Shown: in pieces, positions 19,987 through 28,913 of the stretch
How positions within the stretch are numbered: the stretch's first letter is position 1
Layout: each line of letters begins with the position of its first letter
NCBI GenBank assembly: GCA_963674965.2
Contig: CAXXFL010000001.1
Coordinates: forward strand, 1,216,001-1,280,000
Reading direction: 5' to 3'
DNA length: 64,000 nt
Source of the DNA: a bacterium
GTDB lineage: Bacteria > RBG-13-61-14 > DATKZS01
Position numbers and translations under genes: made by a program
The notes under the pieces: model-generated
Seen by the model: only the letters and a program-made list of their open reading frames with translations
What the model was told of the DNA's origin: nothing
Database searches by the model: none

Positions 19987-20745
19987 TTGATACCTATCGA
20001 TCTTGCCGGCAAGGCCGCCGTCGTTACCGGCGGCGGCCGCGGCATTGGAAGGGCCGTTGCCCTCGAGCTGGCCAGGGCCGGCGCCGACGTTCTGGTCACG
20101 GCCCGCACGGCCGGACAGCTCGAGGAAACGGCGGGCCTCATCGAGGACCTGGGCCGGAGGGCCCTGATCCTGGCCGGCGACGCTTCCCTCCCGGAAACGG
20201 CCGAGAAGGCGGTGAAAACCGCGGCCGGGAACATCGGCGGACCCCACCTCCTGGTAAACAACGCGGGCATGGAGATCGTGAAAAGCCTCCTGGACTCGAG
20301 CCCCGAGGACTTCGACCTCATCATGAACGTCAACGTCAAGAGCATGATGCTCTTCACCCGGGCGGCCGGAAAATACATGATCGAGAACGGCGGCGGCAAG
20401 ATCGTCAACATGGCCTCGACCGGCGGCTTTATCGCGGGCCCCAACCAGTCCCTTTACCACGCCAGCAAGGCCGCCTGCGCCCATTTCACCAAGGCCATGG
20501 CCATCGAGTGGGCCAGGTACAAGATCAACGTCAACGCCGTTGCTCCCGGCTGGGTGGACACGGAGTTGATTTCCTTCATCACCGGCAATGAGGACGCCTT
20601 CAAGAAATACATCAAGGGCGTGCCCATGCGGCGGGTGGCCGATCCCCGGGAGGTTGCCTTTGCGGTGGCCTTTCTCTGCTCCGACCTCGCCTCCTACATG
20701 ACCGGCTCCGTTGTCGTGGTCGACGGCGGCCTGATGATTCCCTGA
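19987..20745 (+). CDS. Short-chain dehydrogenase/reductase (FabG/KduD-like)
   Basis: TGGGRGIG, NNAG, YHASK (YxxxK), NAVAPG and VDGG; 9-bp gap after the ligase. Confidence 0.92.
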   Translation: MIPIDLAGKAAVVTGGGRGIGRAVALELARAGADVLVTARTAGQLEETAGLIEDLGRRALILAGDASLPETAEKAVKTAAGNIGGPHLLVNNAGMEIVKSLLDSSPEDFDLIMNVNVKSMMLFTRAAGKYMIENGGGKIVNMASTGGFIAGPNQSLYHASKAACAHFTKAMAIEWARYKINVNAVAPGWVDTELISFITGNEDAFKKYIKGVPMRRVADPREVAFAVAFLCSDLASYMTGSVVVVDGGLMIP

Positions 20746-20793
20746 GTACTTGGCGCTATAATAAATAATTGGCTATTGCCATGGAGGTGCGAA

Positions 20794-21693
20794 ATGAAAC
20801 GCTCGTGGAAGCTCGCGTTGGCTATAATTATTGTGGGGCTGCTGCTGGGAGGAGTCAGGCTTCTGGCCCTTGGCCCGGCCGACTTTCCCGACGGCCAGGT
20901 AGTGTTCGAGCCCTATAAGATCGAGCCCGGCGTCGTTCTGCCCGGCGAGGTATGTAAATACCGGTTTTTCTGGAAGGGCAGTCTTCTGACCCAGGACGTT
21001 TTCATTCCCGCGGCGGAGGGGGTCGTCAAGGTGGAAAAACATCCCACCAGGCCCGGGTGGCAGTGCCACCGCGCCGACGGCGTGACCATCCCCCCGGCGT
21101 CCCTTATCTTCAAGGCCGACGACGGGGTCTTCGAGTGCATGGACGCCGCGACTTGGAAGGCGGACCAGTACTCGATTCGCATCCGGGAATCCTTCGATTA
21201 TTACGACCTGTCCATGACCTTCGACCAGGAGAAGAAAACCCTCGACCGGGTCAGAACAAGGCGAAAAGGTGAGACCCGACGGACCTTCGATTTCACGCAG
21301 GGTTACGGACCCGTCGGCGCGGTGGCCTTGTCCCGAAGCATGGCCTGGGAGGTGGGCGACGAGCGCAAGTTCGAGGTCATGGACGGAAACGAGCGCTGGC
21401 TCATCGTTTTAAAGTGCGAGGCGGAGGAGGACGTTACCGTTCCCGCGGGTACTTTCCATGCCCTTCGCTTCCAGCCCAGCCTTTTCCTCATGCCCAAAAA
21501 CCCGTCCTTCGAGACCAAGCGCTATTGGGAAAAAGAAAGGGAAAGAGAGGCCACCACCGACTCGAGAATTAAAACCGCCAAGATATGGTCGCAAAAAGAA
21601 CCGCCCAGGGTGCTGCTCAAGTTTCAAAGCGAGGTTTTTTTCGGCCACGTTTACGGAGAGCTCGTCGAGTACACGCCGGGGACCGCCGAGTGA
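20794..21693 (+). CDS. DUF3108-like exported/membrane-anchored beta protein
   Basis: N-terminal TM/signal; PGE..KYRFFW and EEDVTVPAGTFHA patterns typical of DUF3108; SD GGAGG before ATG 20794. Confidence 0.7.
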   Translation: MKRSWKLALAIIIVGLLLGGVRLLALGPADFPDGQVVFEPYKIEPGVVLPGEVCKYRFFWKGSLLTQDVFIPAAEGVVKVEKHPTRPGWQCHRADGVTIPPASLIFKADDGVFECMDAATWKADQYSIRIRESFDYYDLSMTFDQEKKTLDRVRTRRKGETRRTFDFTQGYGPVGAVALSRSMAWEVGDERKFEVMDGNERWLIVLKCEAEEDVTVPAGTFHALRFQPSLFLMPKNPSFETKRYWEKEREREATTDSRIKTAKIWSQKEPPRVLLKFQSEVFFGHVYGELVEYTPGTAE

Positions 21694-22745
21694 CCGACTA
21701 CGTCATCGAGGACTTCAGGGGCGACGCCGAGGCCCTCGAGCGCATGGCCCACGCGGCCTGGCGCGACGAGTACGCCGTGGACTCCTACCCCAACCTTTAC
21801 AAGCCCGACTACCTCGAGTATCTCATGAAGAACGTGGACGACCCCCGCATGGCCATCGCCGCCTACGAGGGGGACGAGCCGGTTGGGTTTATCCTCAACC
21901 TGCCTCGCGTGATGGTCATGGGCGGCAAGGAATACCGGGCGGCCCTTTCCTGCCTCCTGGTGGTGAGGAAGAAGACCTTCCGCCAGGGCCTGGCCCAGGC
22001 CATGATCCAGGAGGGATTGAAAAGGAACAAGGAACTCAACTTCGACTTCACCCTCTTTTACCTCGAGACCGGACACCGCTCGAGCAAGCTCTTTAACAAA
22101 CTCGCCGGCGCGGGAATGCCCATCGCGAGGGTGAAGAGGATGCACGTCATCGCCCGCGTGCTCGATCTCGACAAGCTCCGCTCGAGCGAGAACGTTAAAT
22201 CATACGAGGCGCTGGCCATCAAGCTCCTTGGCGCCCACAATCCTCCCGCCGATCCTGGCGACCCCCGCGTCAGGGAGGCCGGCCCATCCGACGCGCCCGG
22301 GATTCTCGAGCTTCTTAACGCCCACGTGGGCAAGGTAAGGCTGGCCAGGAAGTTCGAACTGGAGGAGATGACAAGGGAGCTTTTCCATCCGCCCATAGCC
22401 AGGACGCTGGTTTACGAGAAGGAAGGCAACATCCGCGGCGTTCTGGCCTACGTGATCGTGGACCACGTGGGAAGGATTCACGCTCCCTGGGCCTGGATCA
22501 ACCACGTGGCCTGGGATGGCCTGAGTCTTTCCGAAAGGGTCCGGCTCGTTAAAAGCTTCCTGGCCCGCGTTTCCTCAGAGGGAGCCACGGGAGTGGTCGA
22601 GTGGTCGAAAAAAGTCTACCCCACTTCCGCCCTTTACGCTTCCCGCTTCGTTCCCTACCCCAGGACCATCGACATGATGGCCTGGCGGTTCATCGACGGG
22701 ATATCCCTGTCCAACGTGCCCGACGTCTACGAGGTCCAGATATAA
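21690..22745 (+). CDS. Tandem-GNAT acyltransferase, N-myristoyltransferase-like
   Basis: GTG 21690 overlaps the upstream stop (GTGA). Contains GNAT motif A ([18 protein letters not shown]) and a second GNAT-like half ([16 protein letters not shown]). Confidence 0.75.
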   Translation: [351 protein letters not shown]

Positions 22746-22800
22746 TACCGACCTTCCCGAGGCCCGGCCCCCGGATGCCATTTCTGTCGAGTCCCTTTTC

Positions 22801-22829
22801 TTGCTATAAAGGTAACGTGGGATTATAGT
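22801..22829 (+). promoter_or_regulatory. Putative sigma70 promoter of the radical SAM operon
   Basis: TTGCTA (22801-22806), 17 bp, TATAGT (22824-22829). Confidence 0.55.
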
Positions 22830-22910
22830 TCTTGTTGAGGCGGCCTTTTTCTCGCCGTCCGGCTTTTAGCCCATGACCGGGCCCGGCCGGGAAGCCGCGC
22901 CGACAATCTC

Positions 22911-24398
22911 ATGACCTACAGGCCAATCAAAAAGGTGATGCTCGTTTTTCCTCCCATGGCCAACACGCGCCTGACGAACAACATCTGCGCCCCGCCCATG
23001 GGCATAGCCTCGCTGGCCGCTTACCTTCGGGAGAACTCGGAGGTCGAGATCAAGGCGCTGGACTCGGTTGTCGAGGGCTTCGAGATAGTGGAGGACCTGG
23101 GCCGCGACGTCGTCAAGATAGGACTGTCCTACGGCGAGATACAAAAGAGGATAAGAGAATTCGGTCCCGACCTTCTGGGCGTGTCCAATATCTTCTCGAG
23201 CCAGTTCCCCTTTACGCGCGAGATCGTAAAACGGGCCAAGGCCGAGGACCCCGACCTCTTCGCCGTTACTGGAGGAACGTACCCTTCCTTTATGCCCGAG
23301 AGGGCCCTCGAGACGACCGAGCTGGACGCGGTAGTGATCGGGGAGGGAGAGCTTCCTCTCAAGTCGATAATCGAAGCGATCAATCAAGGCAAAACGCCCG
23401 AGGGTCTCGCGGCAATCGCGCTCAAGACCGGCGAGGGCCTTTCGGTCAACAAACAAAAGCACATGATCGAGGACCTCGACTCGCTTCCCCTGCCCGCTCG
23501 AGATTTGTTTCCCGTCGAGCGCTATTTCGAGATCAACCTTCCCATGCAGTCCATCAGCCGGGACAGGCGGAACCTGTCGGTGGCCACCTCGAGGGGATGT
23601 CCCTATAAGTGCCAATTTTGTTCCTCCACCATTCACTGGGGACACAAATACAGGACGAGAAGCGTGGAAAAGGTACTGGACGAGCTGGATCATTTAAAAA
23701 GTACATACTCGATCGGGGAGATCAAGTTCGAGGACGACAACCTTTCCTTCGACCAAAAACGGGCCAAGGCCCTCTTCAGGGGCATGATCGAAAGGGGCCT
23801 TACCTTCCATTGGAACACGCCCAACGGGATCGCCGTCAGGCACCTGGACGACGAGATGCTCTCGCTCATGAAAAAGAGCGGCTGCTATGAACTGACCCTG
23901 GCCGTCGAGAGCGGGGACCAGGACGTGCTTCGCGATATTATCCATAAGCCCCTGAAACTCGAGGAGGCAAGGGACGCCGCCAAAAGAATCAAAGACCACG
24001 GCATCGAGACGGCCGGCTACTTCATCATCGGTTTTCCAGGAGAGACTAAAAAGCAGGTGCAAAACACTCTGGATTTCGCCGTGTCCCTCGCCCTGGACCG
24101 GGTCTATATCTTCATGTACACGCCCCTTCCCGGCACTCCGCTGGCAGAGCGGGCCATCGCCGAGGGGCTGGTGAGGGACGACTTCGATTTCGAAAAGGAG
24201 AACAATTATTTCCTGCCCTCGGTCAAGCTCCCGGACCTTTCCTGGGAGGAGATGATCTCCATGCAGCGTCGGGCCTTCTGGAGAAGCAACCTGCGCCTCC
24301 TTTACACCCGGCCCGACCGCTTTATCAGGAAATACGGCTCGACCATTTACAACCATCCCGAGCTGGTCCTCAAGTTTTTCCGCGCCATAAGGCTTTAG
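22911..24398 (+). CDS. B12-binding domain radical SAM protein (paralog 1)
   Basis: PPMGIASLAAYL cobalamin-domain start, TGGTYPS, IGEGE, TSRGCPYKCQFC (CxxxCxxC), FEDDN and FIIGFPGET. Confidence 0.92.
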   Translation: MTYRPIKKVMLVFPPMANTRLTNNICAPPMGIASLAAYLRENSEVEIKALDSVVEGFEIVEDLGRDVVKIGLSYGEIQKRIREFGPDLLGVSNIFSSQFPFTREIVKRAKAEDPDLFAVTGGTYPSFMPERALETTELDAVVIGEGELPLKSIIEAINQGKTPEGLAAIALKTGEGLSVNKQKHMIEDLDSLPLPARDLFPVERYFEINLPMQSISRDRRNLSVATSRGCPYKCQFCSSTIHWGHKYRTRSVEKVLDELDHLKSTYSIGEIKFEDDNLSFDQKRAKALFRGMIERGLTFHWNTPNGIAVRHLDDEMLSLMKKSGCYELTLAVESGDQDVLRDIIHKPLKLEEARDAAKRIKDHGIETAGYFIIGFPGETKKQVQNTLDFAVSLALDRVYIFMYTPLPGTPLAERAIAEGLVRDDFDFEKENNYFLPSVKLPDLSWEEMISMQRRAFWRSNLRLLYTRPDRFIRKYGSTIYNHPELVLKFFRAIRL

Positions 24399-24410
24399 GG
24401 AGAGACGCCC

Positions 24411-25925
24411 GTGAAGGTCCGGCCCATCGCGCGCGCGCTTTTCATCTATCCTCCCGAGAGGGCGCTCAAGGGCTTTTTCCGCGCCAACGTTCCCCCCCTC
24501 GGGGCCGCTTGCCTGGCCGCCTGGATAGGAGACCGGTGCGAGACCGCCATCCTCGACGCCAAGCTCGAGGGCTATGACAGCGTCTCGGTGGACGGCCCCT
24601 TCGAGGTCTACGGCCTGGGCATGGACGAGATCGAGTCGAGGGTGAGGGCCTTCAAGCCGGACCTGGTCGGCTTAACGTGCCTGGCCTCCTTTAACTGGCC
24701 CGAGGTTAAAAAAATCGCGGCCCTGGTTAAGAGGGTTGGCCCCGATATCCTGGTGGTGGCGGGCGGTACTCACCCGGCCTTTCTTTACGAGCAATGCCTG
24801 GCCGAGGCCCCGGAGATCGATCTGATCGTCCGGGGGGAGGGAGAACTCGCGCTCTCCAAAATTCTTGACGCGGCGACGGCGGGAAAAAACATAGACGTGA
24901 TTCAAGGAATGGCCTTCAGGAAAGAGGACGGGACTGTCCAGGCCAACGGTTTCTCGGAGCCGGTGGAAAGTCTCGACGAGCTGCCATTTCCGGCGCGGCA
25001 TCTTCTTGACATGGACGGTTACTTCGAGACCAGGGCGCCCTTTTCCCGGACCTTCCGCCATAAACGGAACACCAGCATCCAGACCTCGCGCGGCTGCCCT
25101 GCGCACTGCACTTTTTGCTCGTCGGCCAACTTTTGGGGGCACGGCTTCCGGCCTCAGTCTCCCGGCCGGGTGCTGGCGGAAATTGAGCATCTTATCGACC
25201 GCTATGGGATAAGGGAGCTTCAGTTCGTGGACGACAACCTTGTCTTCGATCGCGACCGGGCGGTGAGCATCTTCGAGGGCATGATTGAGAGGGACCTTGG
25301 CCTCGAGTGGTGCATGCCCAACGGGGTGGCCCTGTGGAGGCTCGATCCCGAGCTGATCGCCTTGATGAGGAGGGCGGGCTGCTACAGCATGACCTTGGCC
25401 TTCGAGTCGGGCAACCAGCGGGTGCTGTCGCGCTTGGTAAAGAAGCCCTTGAACCTTAAAAAAGTCCCGCCCCTGATCGAGGAGATGAAGAGGCAGGACG
25501 TCCAGATTCACGCCTTTTTCATTTCCGGCTTTCCCGGCGAGACCAGGGAGGAAATGCTGGACACCTATCGGCTGGCGAAAAGTCTCGATTTAGACGGGGC
25601 CTACTTCTTTATCGCCACCCCCCTTCCGGGCACCGAGCTTTGCCGGACCTGCGAGGACGAGGGTTATATCGACCCGGACCTGGACTTCACCAAGATCGAG
25701 TTCAACAAGGGGCATATCAACACTCCGGACTGGACGGCCGAGGAAGTCGAGCGCCTGGCGGGCTCATTTTATCTTCGATTCATGGTTTCCGTTTTGTCGC
25801 GTCATCCCCTCCGTTTTTTTAAAAACTACGGAGGCGTTATTATAAAGAGGCCGGGATACACTCTCGTTCATTTCCTGGTTTTTATCAAGCGCTCGCTCCT
25901 CAGGCTGTTGGGGCGCGGCGACTGA
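24411..25925 (+). CDS. B12-binding domain radical SAM protein (paralog 2)
   Basis: PPLGAACLAAW, GGTHPA, RGEGE, TSRGCPAHCTFC, FVDDN and GFPGET. Confidence 0.92.
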   Translation: MKVRPIARALFIYPPERALKGFFRANVPPLGAACLAAWIGDRCETAILDAKLEGYDSVSVDGPFEVYGLGMDEIESRVRAFKPDLVGLTCLASFNWPEVKKIAALVKRVGPDILVVAGGTHPAFLYEQCLAEAPEIDLIVRGEGELALSKILDAATAGKNIDVIQGMAFRKEDGTVQANGFSEPVESLDELPFPARHLLDMDGYFETRAPFSRTFRHKRNTSIQTSRGCPAHCTFCSSANFWGHGFRPQSPGRVLAEIEHLIDRYGIRELQFVDDNLVFDRDRAVSIFEGMIERDLGLEWCMPNGVALWRLDPELIALMRRAGCYSMTLAFESGNQRVLSRLVKKPLNLKKVPPLIEEMKRQDVQIHAFFISGFPGETREEMLDTYRLAKSLDLDGAYFFIATPLPGTELCRTCEDEGYIDPDLDFTKIEFNKGHINTPDWTAEEVERLAGSFYLRFMVSVLSRHPLRFFKNYGGVIIKRPGYTLVHFLVFIKRSLLRLLGRGD

Positions 25926-25941
25926 GACCGGAGGTTTTTTT

Positions 25942-27417
25942 ATGCGCCCCATCCAGCGGGTGATGCTGATATATCCGCCCGTTACTTTCGCTCCTCAGAG
26001 TATGAAGCAATGCCATCTTCCGCTTGGTCTTGCTTATCTCGCGGGCATGATCCGCGGAAAAGTCGAGCTCGAGGTACTTGACGCGGCGGCCGAGGGCTGG
26101 GAGCGCGAGGAGCCCGCCGGAGAGAAGCTTCTTCGCTACGGCCTTACCTTTCCCGAGATCGAGTCCCGGATTCGCGCCTTCAAGCCCGACATGGTGGGCA
26201 TGAGCTGCATCTTCTCGAGCCAGTTTAGAAACGTGGTCGAGATCGCCAGGATCGTCAAAAAAATCGATCCTTCCACGCTTACCATCACCGGCGGGACCCA
26301 TCCGACCTTTCTGCCCGAGTACTCGATGGCCCGGTGCCCCGAGCTCGACTTCATCGTTCGAGGGGAGGGAGAGTTCGCGCTCGACGAGTTGATCGATTCC
26401 TTGCGCAAGGGGGGAGACCCGGCCCATATAAAAGGGCTCGTTTATCGGGATGGGGACCGCGTTAAAATCAATCCCGACCGGGAGCCTTACCCGAACCTGG
26501 ACGATATTCCCTTTCCCGCCCGCGACCTGTTTCCCATTCAAAGATACTCCGACATAGGCGTGCCCATGGGGACCGTTTTCAGGCACAAGCCTTACATGAA
26601 CCTCATCACCTCGAGGGGATGCCCCTTCCACTGCACCTTTTGCTCTTCCACTAACTTCTGGGGCAACAACTACAGGACGCGCTCTCCCGAGAACGTGCTG
26701 GCGGAAATGGAAACCCTCTACCGGGACATGGGCGTGCGAGAGTTCAAGTTCTTCGACGACAACCTGACGACCAACCGGAAGAGGGCCATGGCCATCTTCC
26801 AGGGCATGATCGACCGTGGCCTCAAGGTTACCTGGAACACGCCCAACGGCATCCACGTGGTGACCCTCGACGAGGAGCTTCTTGACCTGATGAAAAGAAG
26901 CGGCTGTTTCGAGCTGACCCTGGCGGTCGAGAGCGGAAACGCCGACGTGTTACGGGACATAATCCGCAAGCCCACCAAGCTCCACCACGTTGAGGAGGCC
27001 TCGGCCTTGATTAAAAAGAAGGGCATCGCGACCAACGGCTTTTTCATCATCGGCTTCCCGGGCGAGACCAAGGACCAAATAAGAAACACCCTGGACTTCT
27101 CGCTCAAGATCGACCTCGACCGCATGTCGTTCTTCATCTACAACCCGCTTCCCGGCACGCAATTATTCGACGTCTGCGTTGAGAAGGGCTATATCACTCC
27201 CGACCAGATGGCCGAGGACGCGGACTACTTCGAGGGCCGCTTCGACACGCCCGAGTGGACCCGGTCCGAGCTTCACAAGCTGCGGCGGAACTGGTTCTGG
27301 AAATATAACGCGGGCCTTCTGTTCCGTTCTCCCGCCAGGTTCTTCAAGAACTATCTGCCCCTGGTGGCCCGGCCGCGGCAGACCTGGGAGATCGTCAAGC
27401 GGGTCGCGAGGACCTGA
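25942..27417 (+). CDS. B12-binding domain radical SAM protein (paralog 3)
   Basis: LPLGLAYLAG, GGTHPT, RGEGE, TSRGCPFHCTFC, FFDDN and FIIGFPGET. Confidence 0.92.
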   Translation: MRPIQRVMLIYPPVTFAPQSMKQCHLPLGLAYLAGMIRGKVELEVLDAAAEGWEREEPAGEKLLRYGLTFPEIESRIRAFKPDMVGMSCIFSSQFRNVVEIARIVKKIDPSTLTITGGTHPTFLPEYSMARCPELDFIVRGEGEFALDELIDSLRKGGDPAHIKGLVYRDGDRVKINPDREPYPNLDDIPFPARDLFPIQRYSDIGVPMGTVFRHKPYMNLITSRGCPFHCTFCSSTNFWGNNYRTRSPENVLAEMETLYRDMGVREFKFFDDNLTTNRKRAMAIFQGMIDRGLKVTWNTPNGIHVVTLDEELLDLMKRSGCFELTLAVESGNADVLRDIIRKPTKLHHVEEASALIKKKGIATNGFFIIGFPGETKDQIRNTLDFSLKIDLDRMSFFIYNPLPGTQLFDVCVEKGYITPDQMAEDADYFEGRFDTPEWTRSELHKLRRNWFWKYNAGLLFRSPARFFKNYLPLVARPRQTWEIVKRVART

Positions 27418-28076
27418 TGGTATCGGGAGAGACGCGGAACCTGGAACGAATCGACTGGCCGGAGGTGGCGGGGAAGTTCTCGGGCCTGGTCCGGGACGAG
27501 ACGCGCTCGAAGTATTTTCCGGCCAACCCGCTCAGGCAACTCATCATCAGGAATTTTCTCCGGCGCCTGGGAGACGTTCTCGAGCCGGCCCGTTGGCGGG
27601 ACCTTCTGGACGTGGGCTGCGGCGAGGGCTTCGTGGATTATTATCTTGGACTTCGCTTCCCGGGAAGTATCATAACGGGTCTGGACGTTGACCCGTCGGC
27701 GCTCGAGGCGGCCAGGGGGATCAATCCCGGCTTTACCTATATCGAGCAAAAAGGCGAGCAACTGCCCTTCGAGGATAGATCGTTCGACGCGGTCATCTGC
27801 ATCGAGGTGCTCGAGCACCTTCTGGATTACGGGTCGGTCATGAAGGAGCTGCATAGGACGGCAAAGGAGGTCGTGGTAATCAGCGTGCCGGCTTTTCCAT
27901 TTTATCAACTCACCAATTTCATGATTGGCAAAAACCTTGGAAGGATGGGCGAGCATCCCGGCCACGTGACGCAGTTCGGTCCCTGGAAATTAAAAAGGGA
28001 GATGGAAAAGGTTTTCGGGGACTCTTCTCACGTGTCCTTTTCGTACCCGTGGCTTTTAGGAACGGCGGAAAAATAA
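27417..28076 (+). CDS. Class I SAM-dependent methyltransferase
   Basis: LLDVGCGEG and LPFEDRSFDAVICIEVLEH; start overlaps the upstream stop (TGATG). Confidence 0.9.
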   Translation: MVSGETRNLERIDWPEVAGKFSGLVRDETRSKYFPANPLRQLIIRNFLRRLGDVLEPARWRDLLDVGCGEGFVDYYLGLRFPGSIITGLDVDPSALEAARGINPGFTYIEQKGEQLPFEDRSFDAVICIEVLEHLLDYGSVMKELHRTAKEVVVISVPAFPFYQLTNFMIGKNLGRMGEHPGHVTQFGPWKLKREMEKVFGDSSHVSFSYPWLLGTAEK

Positions 28077-28087
28077 CGGAAATCTTG

Positions 28088-28145
28088 CCCTTCGCCGGGA
28101 AGGGAAAAAAAGCTTGTAAAAGGGCGGCGGAGTTTGCCGCCCTTT
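28088..28145. terminator. Terminator hairpins between convergent methyltransferase and spoVG genes
   Basis: AAAGGGCGGC-GGAGTTT-GCCGCCCTTT (28119-28145), plus CCCTTC...GAAGGG followed by an A run (28088-28111). Confidence 0.75.
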
Positions 28146-28165
28146 GCGAGCGATGAGGAAGTATA

Positions 28166-28456
28166 TTAGAGGTTTACCGCCTCCTTATGGCTGGGAAAAC
28201 CCTTTTCCAACTCCTCGTTATACTTGTCCAGGACCGTGGTTTCAATAAGCTGTCTTGTCTCCGGATTCAATGGATGGGCAACGTCCCGGAACATGCCGTT
28301 CTTTCCCTTTTTATTGGGCATGGCCACGAAAAGACCCTTGGTGCCGCGAATAACCTTAAGACCCCTGATCATAAAACAGTCGTCAATGGTGATATTTACG
28401 TAGGCTCTAAGCTTGTTCTCGTCAACCGGTACTACGGCCACGTCGGTGATCTTCAT
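28166..28456 (-). CDS. spoVG: SpoVG family nucleic-acid-binding protein
   Basis: MKITDV...KLRAYVNITIDDCFMIRGLKVIRGTKGLFVAMPNKK...FRDVAHP. Confidence 0.93.
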   Translation of the reverse strand: MKITDVAVVPVDENKLRAYVNITIDDCFMIRGLKVIRGTKGLFVAMPNKKGKNGMFRDVAHPLNPETRQLIETTVLDKYNEELEKGFPSHKEAVNL

Positions 28457-28499
28457 GTCTAAGTCCTCCCTTGAAAGTGCTCAATCGAGTAAGCTATTA

Positions 28500-28682
28500 T
28501 TATTTACTTTCCCCTGACGGGGTAACTCCACAACTCCTGAGCGCGGTTTCGGCGGCTTCCCTCATTTCCTTGCGCCGTCCCATTGCTTCCTTTTGGATTT
28601 TTTCCTGACAACCAATGCAGATATATCCGAGCATCGGCTCCTTTTTACCGCACAGGATGCAGGTTCTGAACTTCTCTTCCAT
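28500..28682 (-). CDS. Small zinc-finger protein (CxxC-x10-CxxC)
   Basis: CILC...CIGC followed by a charged helix; SD-like AGGGGGAG upstream; 43 bp before spoVG. Confidence 0.7.
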   Translation of the reverse strand: MEEKFRTCILCGKKEPMLGYICIGCQEKIQKEAMGRRKEMREAAETALRSCGVTPSGESK

Positions 28683-28913
28683 TTAGGGTTACTCCCCCTT
28701 GCCCATCTGGTGTCCCTCGCGGCACATCATTGACGAATCTTGATATTAATCGCCCTCAGAAAAAATTTAAGCGGCTTTTGCCGGACCCGACTCACGAGGC
28801 GGGGAGGCAAAAGCCAGATAACCTTGAAAAATATTAATATTCCGTGCTTTAGTAACAATTATATTTATCGTTTTATCCATATTATTAATCCCACAACCCA
28901 TGCGGATTTAATT

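Noticed and set aside
21585-21689. ORF-track N-terminal extension of the GNAT gene
   Set aside because: It overlaps the DUF3108 gene; the GTGA-coupled start at 21690 is more plausible.
28500-28682. Small Cys-rich ORF as a RiPP precursor for the radical SAM enzymes
   Set aside because: It is on the opposite strand beyond a terminator, its paired CxxC motifs fit a zinc finger, and no RRE, SPASM, peptidase or transporter genes are present.
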